Source: Octopus sinensis (taxonomy: Eukaryota). Taken from it: DNA of 64,000 nucleotides. This document shows, piece after piece, positions 39,790 to 54,638 of the stretch (its first letter is position 1; every line of letters begins with the position of its first letter). The translations under genes were made by a program, and so were the position numbers. Where the stretch lies: NCBI RefSeq assembly GCF_006345805.1, contig NC_043012.1, positions 41,726,001 to 41,790,000 on the forward strand. Reading direction: 5' to 3'. The notes below the pieces were generated by a model. That model was not told where the DNA came from and made no database searches. It worked only from the letters and a program-made list of their open reading frames with translations.

Positions 39790-40200
39790 TGTCCCCATAG
39801 TAACGAAGCTAAAGCACGCAGAGTGAAGCCGCCTAGCAAAGAATAGACCTTGACTACTGCTGTTCATGCGCACTAAGTTTTTACATTCTAGCTCACTTCC
39901 GCTCGTTACGGTTCAATTCAGTCCATTATCACTGAAGATTTGGGTATGAGACGCATGTCTGCTAAGTTTGTACCCAATGCTTTCAGCTGACCAAAAGGAC
40001 ACTCGGGTTTCAGTTGCGCAATATCTCATTGATTGCGTCGAGAACGATGAAAATGGTTTGGAAACTTTGCGGAGGTCTCTGAGCAGGTATCGCCAAGCTT
40101 TTGGCAAAACTTGAGGCAGGTTCTCTGCTCATCTTTCTCTGCCATGGTCAGGCGACGATCACCCGCTACGGTAAACAGCGGAAGTGATCTAGAACGTTAG
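39790..40200. mobile_element. Rearranged mariner fragment (family of 8843-10078) with internal inversion
   Basis: 39790-40070 is the reverse complement of parts of 9450-10050, while 40073-40200 is co-oriented with 9810-9960. Confidence 0.75.
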
Positions 40201-40285
<85 letters not shown>

Positions 40286-40286
40286 G

Positions 40287-40318
<32 letters not shown>

Positions 40319-40339
40319 TATATAACGAAATTTTTGTGG

Positions 40340-40610
40340 AGGAGGCCAGTCGATTAGATCGTCCCCAGTACATAACTGGTACTTAATTTATTGACCTCGA
40401 AAGGATGAAAGGCAAAGTCGACCTCGGCGGAATTTGAACTCAGAACGTAAAAACATACGAAATACCTACTTCTTTATTACCCACAATGGGCTAAACACAG
40501 AGAGGACAAACAAGGACAGACAAACGGATTAAGTCGATTATATCGCTCCCAGTACGTAACTGGTACTTATTTAATCGACCCCAAAAGGATGAAAGGCAAA
40601 GTCGACCTCG
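40340..40610 (-). mobile_element. SINE family B (two partial units)
   Basis: Reverse complement of the B core. Confidence 0.8.
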
Positions 40611-40946
40611 CGAGTGTGTACGCGAGCGCGCATGTATAGCTAGCTAGACAGATATATAGATAAATAAACAAATAAATAGATGTCTATATACATACTTAGA
40701 AATGACAGTGGAAGTGGCCTAACGCCTCTTCACATTCCCATAGACATTCCTCATTGGACTATCGATCGAATAAATATTAATGCTTTCTTCGATGTAACGA
40801 GAGTGATGTGACTCAAGCACCACGTTTCAAGTCAAACGACTTCCTTGCCTAAAAGTTTTTAAGTACATTTTGCAAGTCGGTCATAAAAGACTATGGCTGG
40901 AAATATTTCTTCATGTTATATGAATGTACATATATGTATGTAAATA

Positions 40947-41355
40947 TCATCATCATCGTAATCATCATCATTTAACGTCTGCTTACCAAGTTGTTACGGG
41001 TTAAACCGTTCGACTCGGACCGGTAAGTCAGAGACCTGCACCAGTTTCCACACGTTTGCTGAGGTGTGGTTTGTTTGGCTGGATGCCCTTCCTAACGCCA
41101 ACCACTTTACAGAGTGTGGACTGGGTGCTTTTACGTGTCAATAGCACTGGCAATGACCACGAATCACTTAGCAAATCTCCAAAAACCTCAGTCACTTATG
41201 GACTCCGTGAGATTCAACAACCGAAGATCATATTTCACCATGTCCAACGTCCTCCTGGGTCCACCCATTACACAGGTTCACTCTACAATTAAAGATCGAC
41301 ACTTCTTTACGAAGCTGTCCTCAACCATACGCATCACATGACCATACCAGCGCCG
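40947..41355. mobile_element. RTE-derived element with RTE 3' coding remnant on the minus strand
   Basis: Minus translation RWYGHVMRMVEDSFVKKCRSLIVE; (CAT)n flank. Confidence 0.6.
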
Positions 41356-41384
41356 TCTTCCGACGGCATTGCACGGCGCTTGAC

Positions 41385-42527
41385 GGAAGGACAGGTTAAA
41401 TTGCTTGGAGTCTGGTTCGGTCTGAACTTCAAGGTGGATAAGAATTAGGTGATGAGCAGGGTGGCCAATCTCACCCAGAGAGGAAGCTGTCCCTGAAGGG
41501 TTAGGCGGAGGTGGCAGTTGCGTACATCGCTTTGGTCATCTAGTACCGCCTAACCGTCGTCTCATGCTCTGCTTCGTGGCTGATCAAGCTGGAGCACTTG
41601 CTCTTACAATTTCTATAGAAAGGACGAATTCTGCTCATCAGACTGTCCATCTGTTTGTAATCAACCGCTGAGTGGAGGACCGGGCATGCCGTGGCTAATG
41701 ATGCGCAGACACGTACTGATTCTGCTACATCTCCAGCGTTTTCTGAATGGTGAGTGGGTGTGGTCGCCGTTTGTCAGACAGGATTTTCCGCAGCTCATCA
41801 CATTGACGGCGCTACAGTCCTGGATAGGACAAGAAAAGTATTTGACACCCGGAGTGTCGGCAAGCACCCACAGCCTTCTGCAAGTCGGGCAATGGGTTGG
41901 TGGAGATTCCACAATGGAATTCTATAGGGGATTAATGGTGGGTAAGAACGACGTCCTCGGGTAACTTTAGGACAGATCCGGTTATCAGCCGAGTCCATCG
42001 TGAAGATTGTCCCATCGCCTTCCTTTGGCCGGGAAGGAACAGCAGTTTTCCTCTGTGTGGTGGCTATGGCGAAGGAGGTAGCGTGGTGGACGTGACTGAG
42101 CGGACTGAAGATAGATACTCTCCTCTTCGGCCAAGTCCTCATCGACTTTTTCAAGTTGCGCTTGAGAAGAGAAATGAGAATGGAGGGGGAAGAACTGCCT
42201 CACCCGCAGTATTTTTGTTGAAAGGTAAGTGAATGTAGTGAAGATGGCGCATGTGAAGGGGCCTACTCTGAACATTCGCTTGTAAACCAGAGGAGTTGAG
42301 AAAGAGAGAGGCCTCTGCTGAGATGCACCTGGAGGTGGGGTTTACCAAGATGTGTGGGGTGTCTCGGTTGTCCCTATGACGAACTCCCCCTTTGGAGAAA
42401 TTTTACTGTTTAATTTTATTGTCATTATTATTCATTTTATACTCGACATTGTGCTAAATCCCACTTGTCCCTTGTTTTCTATTGTCCCTTTTGCTTTTTG
42501 TTCGCCTGTTGTGGCCAATAAAGAAAA

Positions 42528-42530
<3 letters not shown>
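41385..42530 (+). pseudogene. Tx1/L1-type LINE 3' portion, degraded
   Basis: VKLLGVWFG, RKLSLKG*AEVA, GGPGMPWLMMRRHVL, EFYRGLMVG; ends in AATAAAGAAAA followed by (TTA)n. Confidence 0.6.
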
Positions 42531-42568
<38 letters not shown>

Positions 42569-43299
42569 TTATTATTATTATTATTATTAAGGCGGCGAAT
42601 TGGCTGAACGCTAGCATGCTGAGTAAAATGCTTAGCGGCATTTCGTCGGTTTTTACGTTCTGGGTTCAAATTCCGCCGAAGTCGACTTAGCCTTTTATTC
42701 TCAGAGAAATCTGGACTCAGAACGTGAAGACGGAAGAAATGCCTATTGTTTGGTCGAAAATTGGATGTTGTGGTTTTTAGAATTATAGGTACAAACGAAA
42801 AGAATTATGCTTTTGTTTTTGTCTTCACCTTCTTTGTGCTAGCTTCTCTGTGAGATAGAAACTGGAATCGCTTTTGATATTGTTATGGTATGTTTTATTA
42901 ATTTTTTCTGGACGTGTTGTGTGAAATAATTGAACAAGACAAAATCAAAAGCGAAACACAAAATTTCACTTACTACATCACGTGGCCAAAATGCAATGTG
43001 AATTATATTGGCCAAATGGGATCAAAATGAATTGAACGGGTTTGAGTACATAAACAACAAATCAAAGATTCATCTCTTAGAATGGTTCCATGTAGTGAGT
43101 ATATTTGTGCGGGCGGAAAATTTGAAATACCTCCTTTTTAAAAATAAAGAAAAGAATCAGCTACGAAAGGCATAAGAATTGTAAATCAGAAACGAACACC
43201 GGAAATATTCATCAGTGCTACAAATATCAACTTCCTCTATACAAAGTGCATCATAACACGTGTTTGCACAATACGAAGGTCTTCCAAAAGATTTTCTGA

Positions 43300-43660
43300 A
43301 GGTGGTAGAGGTGGTGATGGAGGTGGTGGCGGTGGTGGTGGTAATGAAGGTTGTAATGGTGATGGTGGTGATCTTGATGTTGGTGGTGGTGATGGCTATG
43401 TGTGTGTGTGGGGGGGTGATGGAGGTTTTGAGGTTGGTGGTGTTGGTAGTAGAGGTAGTGTTGGTGGTAATGGAGGTGGTGGTGGCAGTATTGGTGTTGG
43501 TGGTAGTGGTGGTGATCTTGTTGGTGGTGGTGTTGGTGGCGGGGGTGATAGTGGTGGCGGTCTTGGTGTTGGTGCTAGAGCTGATGATGGTGGTGGTAAT
43601 ATAGTGTTGATGTTTTTGTTGTTGGTGGAGGTGGTAACGTTGATGTTGTTGTAGTGGGGT
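43300..43660. repeat. GGT-rich low-complexity tract
   Basis: Direct reading. Confidence 0.85.
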
Positions 43661-44106
43661 TCAAGGTGGTGCTGTTTAGCCCTAAGTCAGATGTAACAAA
43701 CCAGAGTTATGATCAAAAGTGTTTTTGCTGTGATCTGAGCGTCTTTTATTCAGGCATAGTGCATCTAGAAGTAAATTAGTTGATGCGTCTCCAGCCGCGA
43801 CCACCACTAACACCATTACAACAACTATACTACAACTACCACCACCCATTCAACCACGGCAACGACCATCACCATCACCTGTCTACTCCCACCCCGCCAC
43901 CACTCACAACAACAACAACAACAATGAGAAAGAGAGAAAGAGAGTAAAGCCATTGTTGGTGTGTAGAGATGTCTTAGATAAATTCTTCACTGATTCTAAA
44001 TCCAGGTGGAATTTGTTTAAAAGCTTCTGATGGTGGTAGTGGTGGTGGTAGTCGCGGGGACTGTCTAAATATCAGTGAGTTTATGCGTCTGAGTGGTTTG
44101 CATGTA

Positions 44107-44144
<38 letters not shown>

Positions 44145-45952
44145 CTAATGAAGTCCTTTACATTTGCCAGAGAAACAACGGCAACTCGAATGAAATTCTC
44201 AAGGATTACGTAACGGCAGCTGAAGGAGAAAAAACATACCGTAACCGTGGCGACAGAAAGAGGGGCTGGAGGGAGGTCATGTTAATGAAGCTGGTAGTGA
44301 TGCAGTATTAATGAGAGTGGCGCTGGTTTGAGGCTAGTGCCAGATCAACCATAATTAAAGACGTTCCAGCTGTGACCACCCAGTCTTTTATTCAGTGTTT
44401 CTAGACCTACATTCTATCATATACCTTTTCTATTTTGAGACAGCAAAGAAGGGATTTGGTTGTTGTTTTTAGAAAATTGAGATGACACGAACAAACTCTC
44501 ATGGTGTCAGATCTTTACCTTTTTTTTTATCCGCTCAACCACAACCGCCGAGAGGATGAAATGCAGAGTTGACCTTAAAGATCCGAGACAAAACGCATTT
44601 TTACCAATGCTCTAATTCTGACAGCTCGTCGGTAGTTTTAATAATGGTGGCAATGGTGATGGTAGGACCTTGATAGTTTTTGAAATGGCCGTCGTGTTCA
44701 TGGTGGTGGTGGTGGTGGTGATGGTGGTGGTGGATTAGGAGTCATATATCTGTGAAAAGAGTGAGCAGGCGTTGTGAGCAGGCGTTGTGAAATACTGGAA
44801 TCTTGTATCAAATTGAAGTCATTGGATGGCGACTAGGAAATGAAGGTCACAGGGTCAAAATATTGGAACGAAGGTGACAGTGTCAGGACCACGACTTACA
44901 AAAAGAACTGAAAAACAGCAAATAATATCTCCAGTTCCTCACAGAACCAAAAGCAGTCAAAGATCAACAGTCAGGAAATCTTAGTCCTGCAACAGAAACA
45001 AAATACATTTTTCTTTTTATGAGACAAGGGAGATTACCGAACAAGCTTCAACTGACACACAATAGGTAGACCTATTTTGCTTTCGTTTGATTTTATTTCA
45101 AACGATAGCAAAATATCAGAATTTCACAAAAATGAAACACTTAAATTTTACGGACAAAAATATCGTGAATAAAGAAAACATAATAAATTCTTGCTAAAAT
45201 TTTATCGCAGAAAAATCAAGATTTTCCTTCCGACCAGTCTTCATACATATCGAAAATCTCATATACGAGTTTAATATTTTCCACAAAATATTTATGTAGA
45301 GGTGGCGAAAGAAATGTATGGAGGTGAGATGGTCTTTATAGATGTAGTGGAATCTCATATGAGATTTCCTGAAAAGATATTCTATAACAGACAAACAAGT
45401 AGAACCTTCATTGAATTAGTTAACTATTTAACCAATTGAATTGGTTAACTATTACCAATTAAATTTATTGCTTGCTTGGTTAGTCATTCAGTTAACTAAT
45501 CAATCAATAAGTTATGTTTATCAAAGTCCTTTGATCGCTATTCGCAACACTTTTAATGACAAGCCATTCTCTAATCCAGATCAAGAACCTTGCAAACGAA
45601 ATATAAAAACGAAAATTGATTTATGGTTTTAGAAAATGTACAATCCTAACAGAATCATCTCTTTATACAACAGTTCGCGCAATGATATAGAATCTATTTT
45701 ACCCTGATATCAACTTAGCTTTATACAATAGCTCACTCAATACAGATTTACATTTTACCAATAAAATAATACTTTTGTATCGAGGGTGTCCTTGTCTCGC
45801 ATGTGCTTTCATCTGACACCATGTACTGAAAGTAAAGCAGTTACATCACAAAAAACACATATTGACCACACAAAGACTATTATTTGGCACCAAAACTGTC
45901 GTCGCCACAAAACTTTTGGCCCTATAACAATTCTTAAGTGAGGTTAACAGTA

Positions 45953-46181
45953 CAGTTCTATATTTAAGAGATGAGGAATTATTTACGTTATTTGCATTTG
46001 ACCGATACTTGTCCTCCTCTTGTTTGTTGTTAACACAACGTTTCGACTGATATACCCTCCAGTCTTCATCAAGTGTCTTGGGGAAATTTCGAACCTGGGT
46101 TCTCATTCCTAATTAGAACCCAGGTTCGAAATTTCTTCAAGACACCTGATGAAGGCTGGAGGGTATATCAGCCGAAACGTA
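45953..46181. mobile_element. Palindromic Penelope-like insertion with 13-bp TSD and two inverted minimal hammerhead motifs
   Basis: GAGGTTAACAGTA at 45940-45952 and 46182-46194; inverted arms 46038-46103 and 46115-46180; CUGAUGA-A-GGCUG..CAGCC-GAAACGU. Confidence 0.75.
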
Positions 46182-47789
46182 GAGGTTAACAGTATTTGTA
46201 TTTTTGCCTGGTTAATGTGTTTTTCATGCTGTAATGTCTGTTAATTTTTAGTAATTTTTGATAAAAATGGTTCCTCAAACATCGTCAAATTAAAAGAGTG
46301 TTTTGGACTGAACAGTTTCCAGACCTAAATTCCTTTGAAAAATTATTGCAGGTCTTTTAGTCAACTGTGGAATAAATAAATAAACTTTTATAAATGATGT
46401 AAGCCTCATGTCGACTGGCCGTTTATTTGATTTAATTAACAAAGGAGAGAATCTTCTTGTTAGGTATTTATTTTTTTCGCGTTAGTGAAGTGAAAAGAAT
46501 AAAATATATAGTGTATATTTATGCGTTAATTTAATTTTCTTTTTCTTTTCTCTTTTCACTGCAGTTTTAGCGTTTTTAATATTCGTATACAGCCGCTGTT
46601 TCGGTGTGGTTGGATCTCTTCAGTAAGGAGTAACGAAAAATATCAGTGTCTAATAATCAGCTGAAAGTAAATCTTTATTTGTGGCACTTCATACAAGTAG
46701 ATGTTGTTGTTGATGATGATGTTGTTTAGCCCCAGTTATGTCCTACCCGAATAGATAAATGAACAAAGGCATTCCAGACATGATCGTCCCGTCTTATTTC
46801 AGTCATATTGAATCTAAGGCTACATTTTCGAATAGATTCTTTATTCTTAAGAATTTACACTGTATTTTGGTAGAGATGTGGCAGCTATTTGTGACAGGAT
46901 GACGGATTTTGTAGAATATTCTGTCTGGTACTATTGCAACAGTTACTAACAGTCAGGTCAAACTAAATAATTTTAATCATTAAAATAATTAATTTTAACT
47001 GTAGTTACGGTAAATTAATTAATTTTAATCACACTCTCGCTAAATAAATTGATTTTAACAACAGTTGTTAAGTTTTATTGTAAAATACAATTAAGCATGA
47101 GTTCTTAGCGTTTTAATGATTTCACTCATTGGAATGCGATCATGCTGGAGCACTGCCCTGTAGGGTTTTGTCGGTCATATATTGTTGCCAGTGCTTATTC
47201 TATCGTTCGCCTTTTGTCGAATTGCTATGTTACGGGTACGTAAACAAACCAACACGAGCTTTCAGACGTGGAAGGAATTTAGCAATTTTCTGCCATAATT
47301 TTGACTGCAGAGATTTAACAAAGATTTTATAAAAAGGATAATAAAAAAGTAATTTCAAATAATCAAAGTTTTCAATGTAATTACAATTAGAGGAATTGGC
47401 CGAAGATGGCTAGAATCCAACGGTTAAGTTCAGTAAAAGAATAAAAGAGTTAATATGAAAAGAAGTCTTTACCCGCGATGGTTGAAGTAAAGGGTACAAA
47501 GAATTAAGCATCAGCGATAGAAAGCTTTAAATTAGCGGCGAGGAATTGATGTTGGAAACGGTGAATATGAAATTTTTATTCTATATCGAGAGAATTGCTT
47601 GGAAATAATCATCAATTTTGATTAGGTAAAATTTAAAAAATACTTTTTGATTGTTTAATATGTAATTAGGTTGTGGGGATATAAAGAAACCAACACAGGT
47701 TGTCAAAAGAGAGAAACATAAAAATTTACATATTACTCACACAGACCCACATGTATGTTTGTATTTATGTGTGAATGTGTGTGTGTGTG

Positions 47790-47830
<41 letters not shown>

Positions 47831-47849
47831 TCACACACACACATATTCT

Positions 47850-48140
47850 TTTATTCTTTTACTAGTTTCAATCATTTGACAGCGGCGATGCTGGAGAAAA
47901 TCGACCCCAGGACTTATAACTTGAAGCGTAGTACTTATTCTATCGGTTTTTTAAACGAACCGCTAAGTTACAGGGACGTAAACACCGGTCGTCAAGCAAT
48001 GATGTCGGGACAATCACAAACACAAGGACACTCAGATAGATATGTAAATACACACACACACACATATATATATACGGCGGGCTTCTTTCAGTTTCCGTCT
48101 ACCTAATCTAGTCACGAGGCTTTGTTCGGCCTGAAACCAT
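47850..48140. mobile_element. SINE family A-related element (reverse orientation)
   Basis: Reverse complement of the 53040-53395 body; related pieces at ~11480-11575 and ~47110-47270. Confidence 0.65.
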
Positions 48141-48179
48141 ATGGCTGGGAAGGTTCTTTCTAAACAGCCACTCCTGCGC

Positions 48180-48249
<70 letters not shown>

Positions 48250-50728
48250 ACACATACACATATATGATATCGTGTGTCTGAAAGGGAGGGTAGCAACTTA
48301 AGAATCCATAGATTTATACATACACATGCACACACTCATACACACAGAAAGAGAGAGGGACTATAGAACACATACATACATGTACAATATACACACCCAA
48401 ATATTCAATTTATACTTTCATATACATTTGTAAATAGTGAATTCGCTATTTATCTGATGATGATGTGTGTGTGTGTGTGTGTAGAAGCATTATAATTCTA
48501 CAGATTTTGTTTTGTCAAAATTTGTTTCATGATCGTCAACTGGGACCAACCTTCTTTATACAGATACGTAATCATCATCACCATCATCATTATCAACAAC
48601 ACAGCAACTACTAAAAAAACCTGTTGATTGAAGATAAACTCGTTTGACAAATAATATCAACAAAAATGATGATGATGATGATGATGAGGAGGAGGAGGAG
48701 GAGGAAGAGGAGGGGGGTATAGAAAACTTATAATGTTGCTGATAGTGATGATGTTAATGATGATGTTGATGATGATTGGTGTTTAACTAACGGGTGGTTC
48801 AGCTATGATTAAATAATAATAATAATAATAATGACAATAATAATAATGGTGATAATAATTTTTTCTACCATAGGCAAGGAATTTGGTGTCTACTAACCTT
48901 AACGTTATCACTGCCATCATCACCATCACCACCACCACCACCAACCACCACCACCACTACCGTTAATAACAACAACAACAACAGCAACGTAATCATCATC
49001 GTTACCAACTACCCTGACACCGGCACGATTATGACTCCTCCTCCTATCGCCACCACAACTAACGCTCGTATCTCAACACCGCCAGTGCCACTTAAACCAC
49101 AACCATCTTAGGCCTGTCCCGAGTCCCAGGACTCATAAAGCAGGGGATTAACCCAGCTTCCATGGCATATGATTAAGATTACAGCACATCCTCACCCTGG
49201 ATGGGATGCTGATCCACCGCAGAGTTAACTTTCCGTCTATTACTGGAACTCATTTACGGGTGAGTGGAATGGAGCAACGTGAAATTGTTTTACCCAAGAA
49301 CAGAATACACTGCTCGATTCGGGAATCGAAACCACAGTCTTATAGTCAGTAGGTCAACCGCCTCTCACCAATATTAGCACCATTTAGCCCATCATTGCCA
49401 TATCACACATTTCTAAAGACCATCCTCTACACAGCAAATAGACAATGGAGATCCATCGGGACGTGTGTAAGTCAGCCTTTACTGCTGCAGCAAACATCCG
49501 CTTTCCCACAATCCCTGCCGCAAACAACACTTCCACAAGGCCATCTTAGCAACACTATTCCTCTCTAGATACACACTGCTTTATATAAACACTCACCTCC
49601 TCCCAAAACTCTCAATATACCGCAATAACATGATCCCGACATTTTCCCTGTCTCCACATCCCTCTCATCACATCCCTCTCATATTACTACAACAACATCC
49701 TAACAAGACAACAGATTCTACGCTGAATCGAGAGCAACAGATCAGTGAAATGAAAGTTAACATTTCTCCGTTTGACCGGATACAGAAGACATATTGGTGG
49801 TCACTAAGAAAGGGTGGAAAGGTCACTGGTCAGTGAGATGAGACAGAACACGTCTTGTTTGATGTTGATCAACAGAGACGCATTGGTGGATAGGGAGGAG
49901 GAGGAAAGAAAATTCAAGATGGTGAAAGAAGGTGTTTGCTTCTATTTTGTTTGAGATGTTGAAAGTGAGATGGTCAAACAAGAATCGAAACCGGACCGCT
50001 GTTTCGTTTACCTCATGTTCTATGCTATACATGATACAGTTTCAATAAATACTTTTAAAAAATTTTTCTTCCAAATTAAGAAACCCCTGCCCCACTACAT
50101 TTGGCACAAAAATTGGAACACCTGAACGCTAACTACAACCAGGTGAACTGAGCAAATGGTGAACAAATGACGGGATATTCATGGTTGGAACGCCTTTAGA
50201 CATAGGTCAGTCCAAAAAGAACTGACCTGAGAGTAAACAGCAAGAACGACAACAACAATAATTCATACTAACCAACAGAGAATTCCGCGTTCTTTTGTTT
50301 GAGCTGCTAGAAACAACAGCCAAATTTCTCTCAAATCACACATCCTACCCCAACCCCACCTCATAAAGAAACGAAGAGATTAGATAACCTGATCCCAGAC
50401 TTAATCCTAAGAAATAAAATTGACGAAAACAGTTTTCATAGTTCCCTGCCTGTAAGAAGGTAGGTTGGGCACGGTTGGACTTCATTTTCCCCATAAGTTT
50501 ACTCGTTCAGAGATCACTTGGGGTTGGACAGCAACAGCTACCAGTTTAAACCAGTTTTATTTTTTTATATTGGACTTTTTAAAAAACATTTTTTAGTCTG
50601 ATACACCAACGCCCTCACACCACCACCGCCAATAACAACAACAATAGCAATAGTAAAAAGGTAAAGAGAATCCACCTTTCCTTCAACACCACACCCTTGG
50701 ATCTCACCTACACCATTTCATAGAAGCT

Positions 50729-50846
50729 CTGTGTGTGTGTGTGTGTGTGCGTGTGTGTGTGTGCGTGTGTGTGCGTGTGTGTGTGTGTGTGTGTGCGTGT
50801 GTGTGCGTGTGTGTGTGTGTGTGTGTGCGTGTGTGTGTGTGTGTGC

Positions 50847-50904
<58 letters not shown>
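50729..50904. repeat. (TG)n microsatellite
   Basis: Direct reading. Confidence 0.95.
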
Positions 50905-51051
50905 TCGACCAATCAGCGTTCAGTTTTTATTGTCATTCAGCAAACACTGATTTAAGGGAAGGAGGGAGGGGAAAAGAATAAAAAGAAATCAAACAAAAAG
51001 CTCAAAAAGGTAATAAAAGAAAACGATATTTTTCGACAGACTCTAAATGGC

Positions 51052-51109
<58 letters not shown>

Positions 51110-51760
51110 CTGAAGAACAATGACGACAATGACGGGAGAGAGGAAGAAAGTAAAAGAGAAATATGAAGAGGAGAGCAACGAGGAAGAAGAAAGAAGTATG
51201 GGTGGTGGTGTTTTAAACAGGAATGTCCCCTGCTCCACCCTAATCTCTCTTTCTCTCCTGTCCTCTCTAATTTTGCTCTCTCTCTCTCTCCTTCCTCTCT
51301 GTCTCTCTTTCAAAGTTTTTATACCCAAACTCAACTTTAAACTAAATTTCAGATTGATTTTTTCCCCCTTCTACACCGGAGTGCGTAAACATTTCACTGC
51401 CCTTATTTTTGTTGTTGTTGTTGTTGTTGTTGCTGTTAGTGCAGCCGTTACTGGTGCAGTAAACTCGTGTTTACAATCGTGACCGCAGTTGAGACCACAA
51501 ACTGGAACTAATTAATAGCGGAATTAATTAATTATATTGTAAGTATTTCGCTCTTTCATTAACTGTCAACTACCCCCCTCTCTCTCTCCTTCCCCCTCTC
51601 TCTCTCCCTAATGTATATCTCTTCCTCTTTATTTTTGCTCTTTCATTTTTCCCGTTATTTTCCTTTATAAATCAATGTTTATGAAAAAGATATAATTCTT
51701 CAGATGTGATTAAATATTAAAATTTAATGATTTTATAATACATGTATATAAACCAACATA

Positions 51761-51809
<49 letters not shown>

Positions 51810-51827
51810 CACACACACACACACATA

Positions 51828-51868
<41 letters not shown>

Positions 51869-52215
51869 CACACACACACACACACACACACGTATGTACA
51901 CACATACATAACATTCATACATAAACAGACGCATTTTCTGTATATGTACGTACGTATGTATCTATGTATGTACGCATTAACGTATCATCTTTTCATATTT
52001 AAAATAAATTTACATTGTAAAAACAGCACGTGCAATTTCATTGTATCTGTGTGTGTGTAATAATTTGCTTTAATTATCATCCCTGACCCTCTGCCAAAAT
52101 TTAAAAACAATATATATATACATACACACATATATGCATATATATACGAATTTGCACACACACACACATATATATATGTATATTATACATATATGTGTGT
52201 ATGTGCGTATCTGTG

Positions 52216-52268
<53 letters not shown>

Positions 52269-52273
52269 CATAC

Positions 52274-52333
<60 letters not shown>

Positions 52334-52337
52334 TACA

Positions 52338-52503
<166 letters not shown>

Positions 52504-52555
52504 TATATATACATATATATGTATAAGGGTGAAAAGGAACATATAATATATATAT

Positions 52556-52713
52556 ATACAAAATTTAAAGGACTGACCACTAAAAGTGGACGGTCAACAT
52601 GCTAGATATAGACGTCAAAATCGCACACATTCTTCGTGGAAAATAGCGATTTTGACGTCTATATCTAGCATGTTGACCGTCCACTTTTAGTGGTCAGTCC
52701 TTAAATTTTGTAT
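52556..52713. repeat. Long inverted repeat (~68-bp arms, 21-bp spacer)
   Basis: ATACAAAATTTAAAGGACTGACCACT...AAAATCGC / GCGATTTT...AGTGGTCAGTCCTTAAATTTTGTAT. Confidence 0.9.
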
Positions 52714-52804
52714 GTAAACATATTTTAATCTTCGGATTTTTTTAATATGCTAGGCCACAGGTTTTAATTGATTAATATCAATTTCTACCCTTATTAAATT
52801 TTAA

Positions 52805-52857
<53 letters not shown>

Positions 52858-52860
52858 ATA

Positions 52861-52941
<81 letters not shown>

Positions 52942-52942
52942 G

Positions 52943-53106
52943 GTGCAGGAGTGACTGTGTGGTAAGTAGCTTGTTTACCAACCACATGGTTCCGGGTTCA
53001 GTCCCACTGCGTGGCACCTTGAGCAAATATCTTCTACTATAGCCTCGGGCCGACCAAAGCCCTGTGAGTGGATTTGGTAGACGGAAACTGAAAGAAGCCC
53101 GTCGTA

Positions 53107-53184
<78 letters not shown>

Positions 53185-53395
53185 TGTGTGTGTGTCTGTG
53201 TTTGTCCCCCTAGCATTGCTTGACAACCGATGCTGGTGTGTTTATGTCCCCGTTACTTAGCGGTTCGGCAAAAGAGACCGATAGAATAAGTACTGGGCTT
53301 AGAAAAGAATAAGTCCCGGGATCAAGTTGCTCGATTAAAAGCGGTGCTCCAGCATGGCGGCAGTCAAATGACTGAAACAAGTAAAAGAGTAAAAA
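52943..53395 (+). mobile_element. SINE family A, most complete copy, with internal TA/TG microsatellite
   Basis: tRNA-like head (A-box and B-box GGTTCAGTCC), body, and GTAAAAGA-repeat tail. Confidence 0.85.
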
Positions 53396-53830
53396 GTATA
53401 TATATATATTGGCTAAACTGGCAAAATGACCATTCCGAAATATAACAATATATATATATATATATATATAATATATATATATATATACCACACACACATA
53501 CATAAATATACATTTATATATAATATATATAATATATATATGCATGTATATGTATATATGTATGTATGTATGTATATATATATATATACATATACATTTA
53601 TATATATATATTATACATATTTGTATATATATATATATATATATATACATATACATTTATATATATATATATACATATATTTATATGTATGTATGTATAC
53701 ACACACACACACATACACACACACACACACATATATATATAATATATACATATACATTTATATGTAAATATATATATGCATGTATATGTATATATATATG
53801 TATGTATACATATACATATACATATACATT

Positions 53831-53863
<33 letters not shown>

Positions 53864-53947
53864 GTAAGTATGTATATATATATATTATATATATATATAT
53901 ATACATACATACATATATATTTATATGTAAATATATATTTATGCATG

Positions 53948-53983
<36 letters not shown>

Positions 53984-54049
53984 TGTATGTATATAGGTAT
54001 ACCCATATGGTCATACATAGAAGCATGAAGCCATCTATTTATAGACAGA

Positions 54050-54433
54050 CTAGCAGTATCGCCCGGCGTTGCTCGGGTTTGTTTCGACCCGCTGGAATTG
54101 GAATTTTTGAAAAGTAAAAATTTTGCATTATGTAGCTTCAAGTGAACATTTTTCTGGTTGAAATACACCGAAAAGTGGCGACACAAGTGAAAAAATCGTA
54201 AAAAATAGGGATATTCATAGAAAAAAGCACCTTTTTGATGTAAATAATTTTTGGTGTTAACATGGCCCGATTTGAATTTTATCTTCTACGGAAGGAAGAG
54301 CAACCCTTCTTCTATCATACTCTCAATTTTGGTCAACTTGCGCCGCAGGGTCTCGGAGGATATAGTGTTAGTTGAAGGTTACCAAACCTGGCGCACAGAC
54401 AACTTCAGCTTTATATAGAGAGAGATAACACAC

Positions 54434-54476
<43 letters not shown>

Positions 54477-54575
54477 TGTATGTATGTATGGATGTATGTT
54501 TGTATATATGTACATCTGTCCACTTCTTGCCATATTTTTATCCTTGTGTGGTGTGTGTGTGTGTGTGTGTGTAGG

Positions 54576-54638
<63 letters not shown>

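Noticed and set aside
46585-46632. Minus-strand CUGAAGA...GAAACAGCGG hammerhead-like string
   Set aside because: Stem II and stem I do not pair and there is no UH cleavage site
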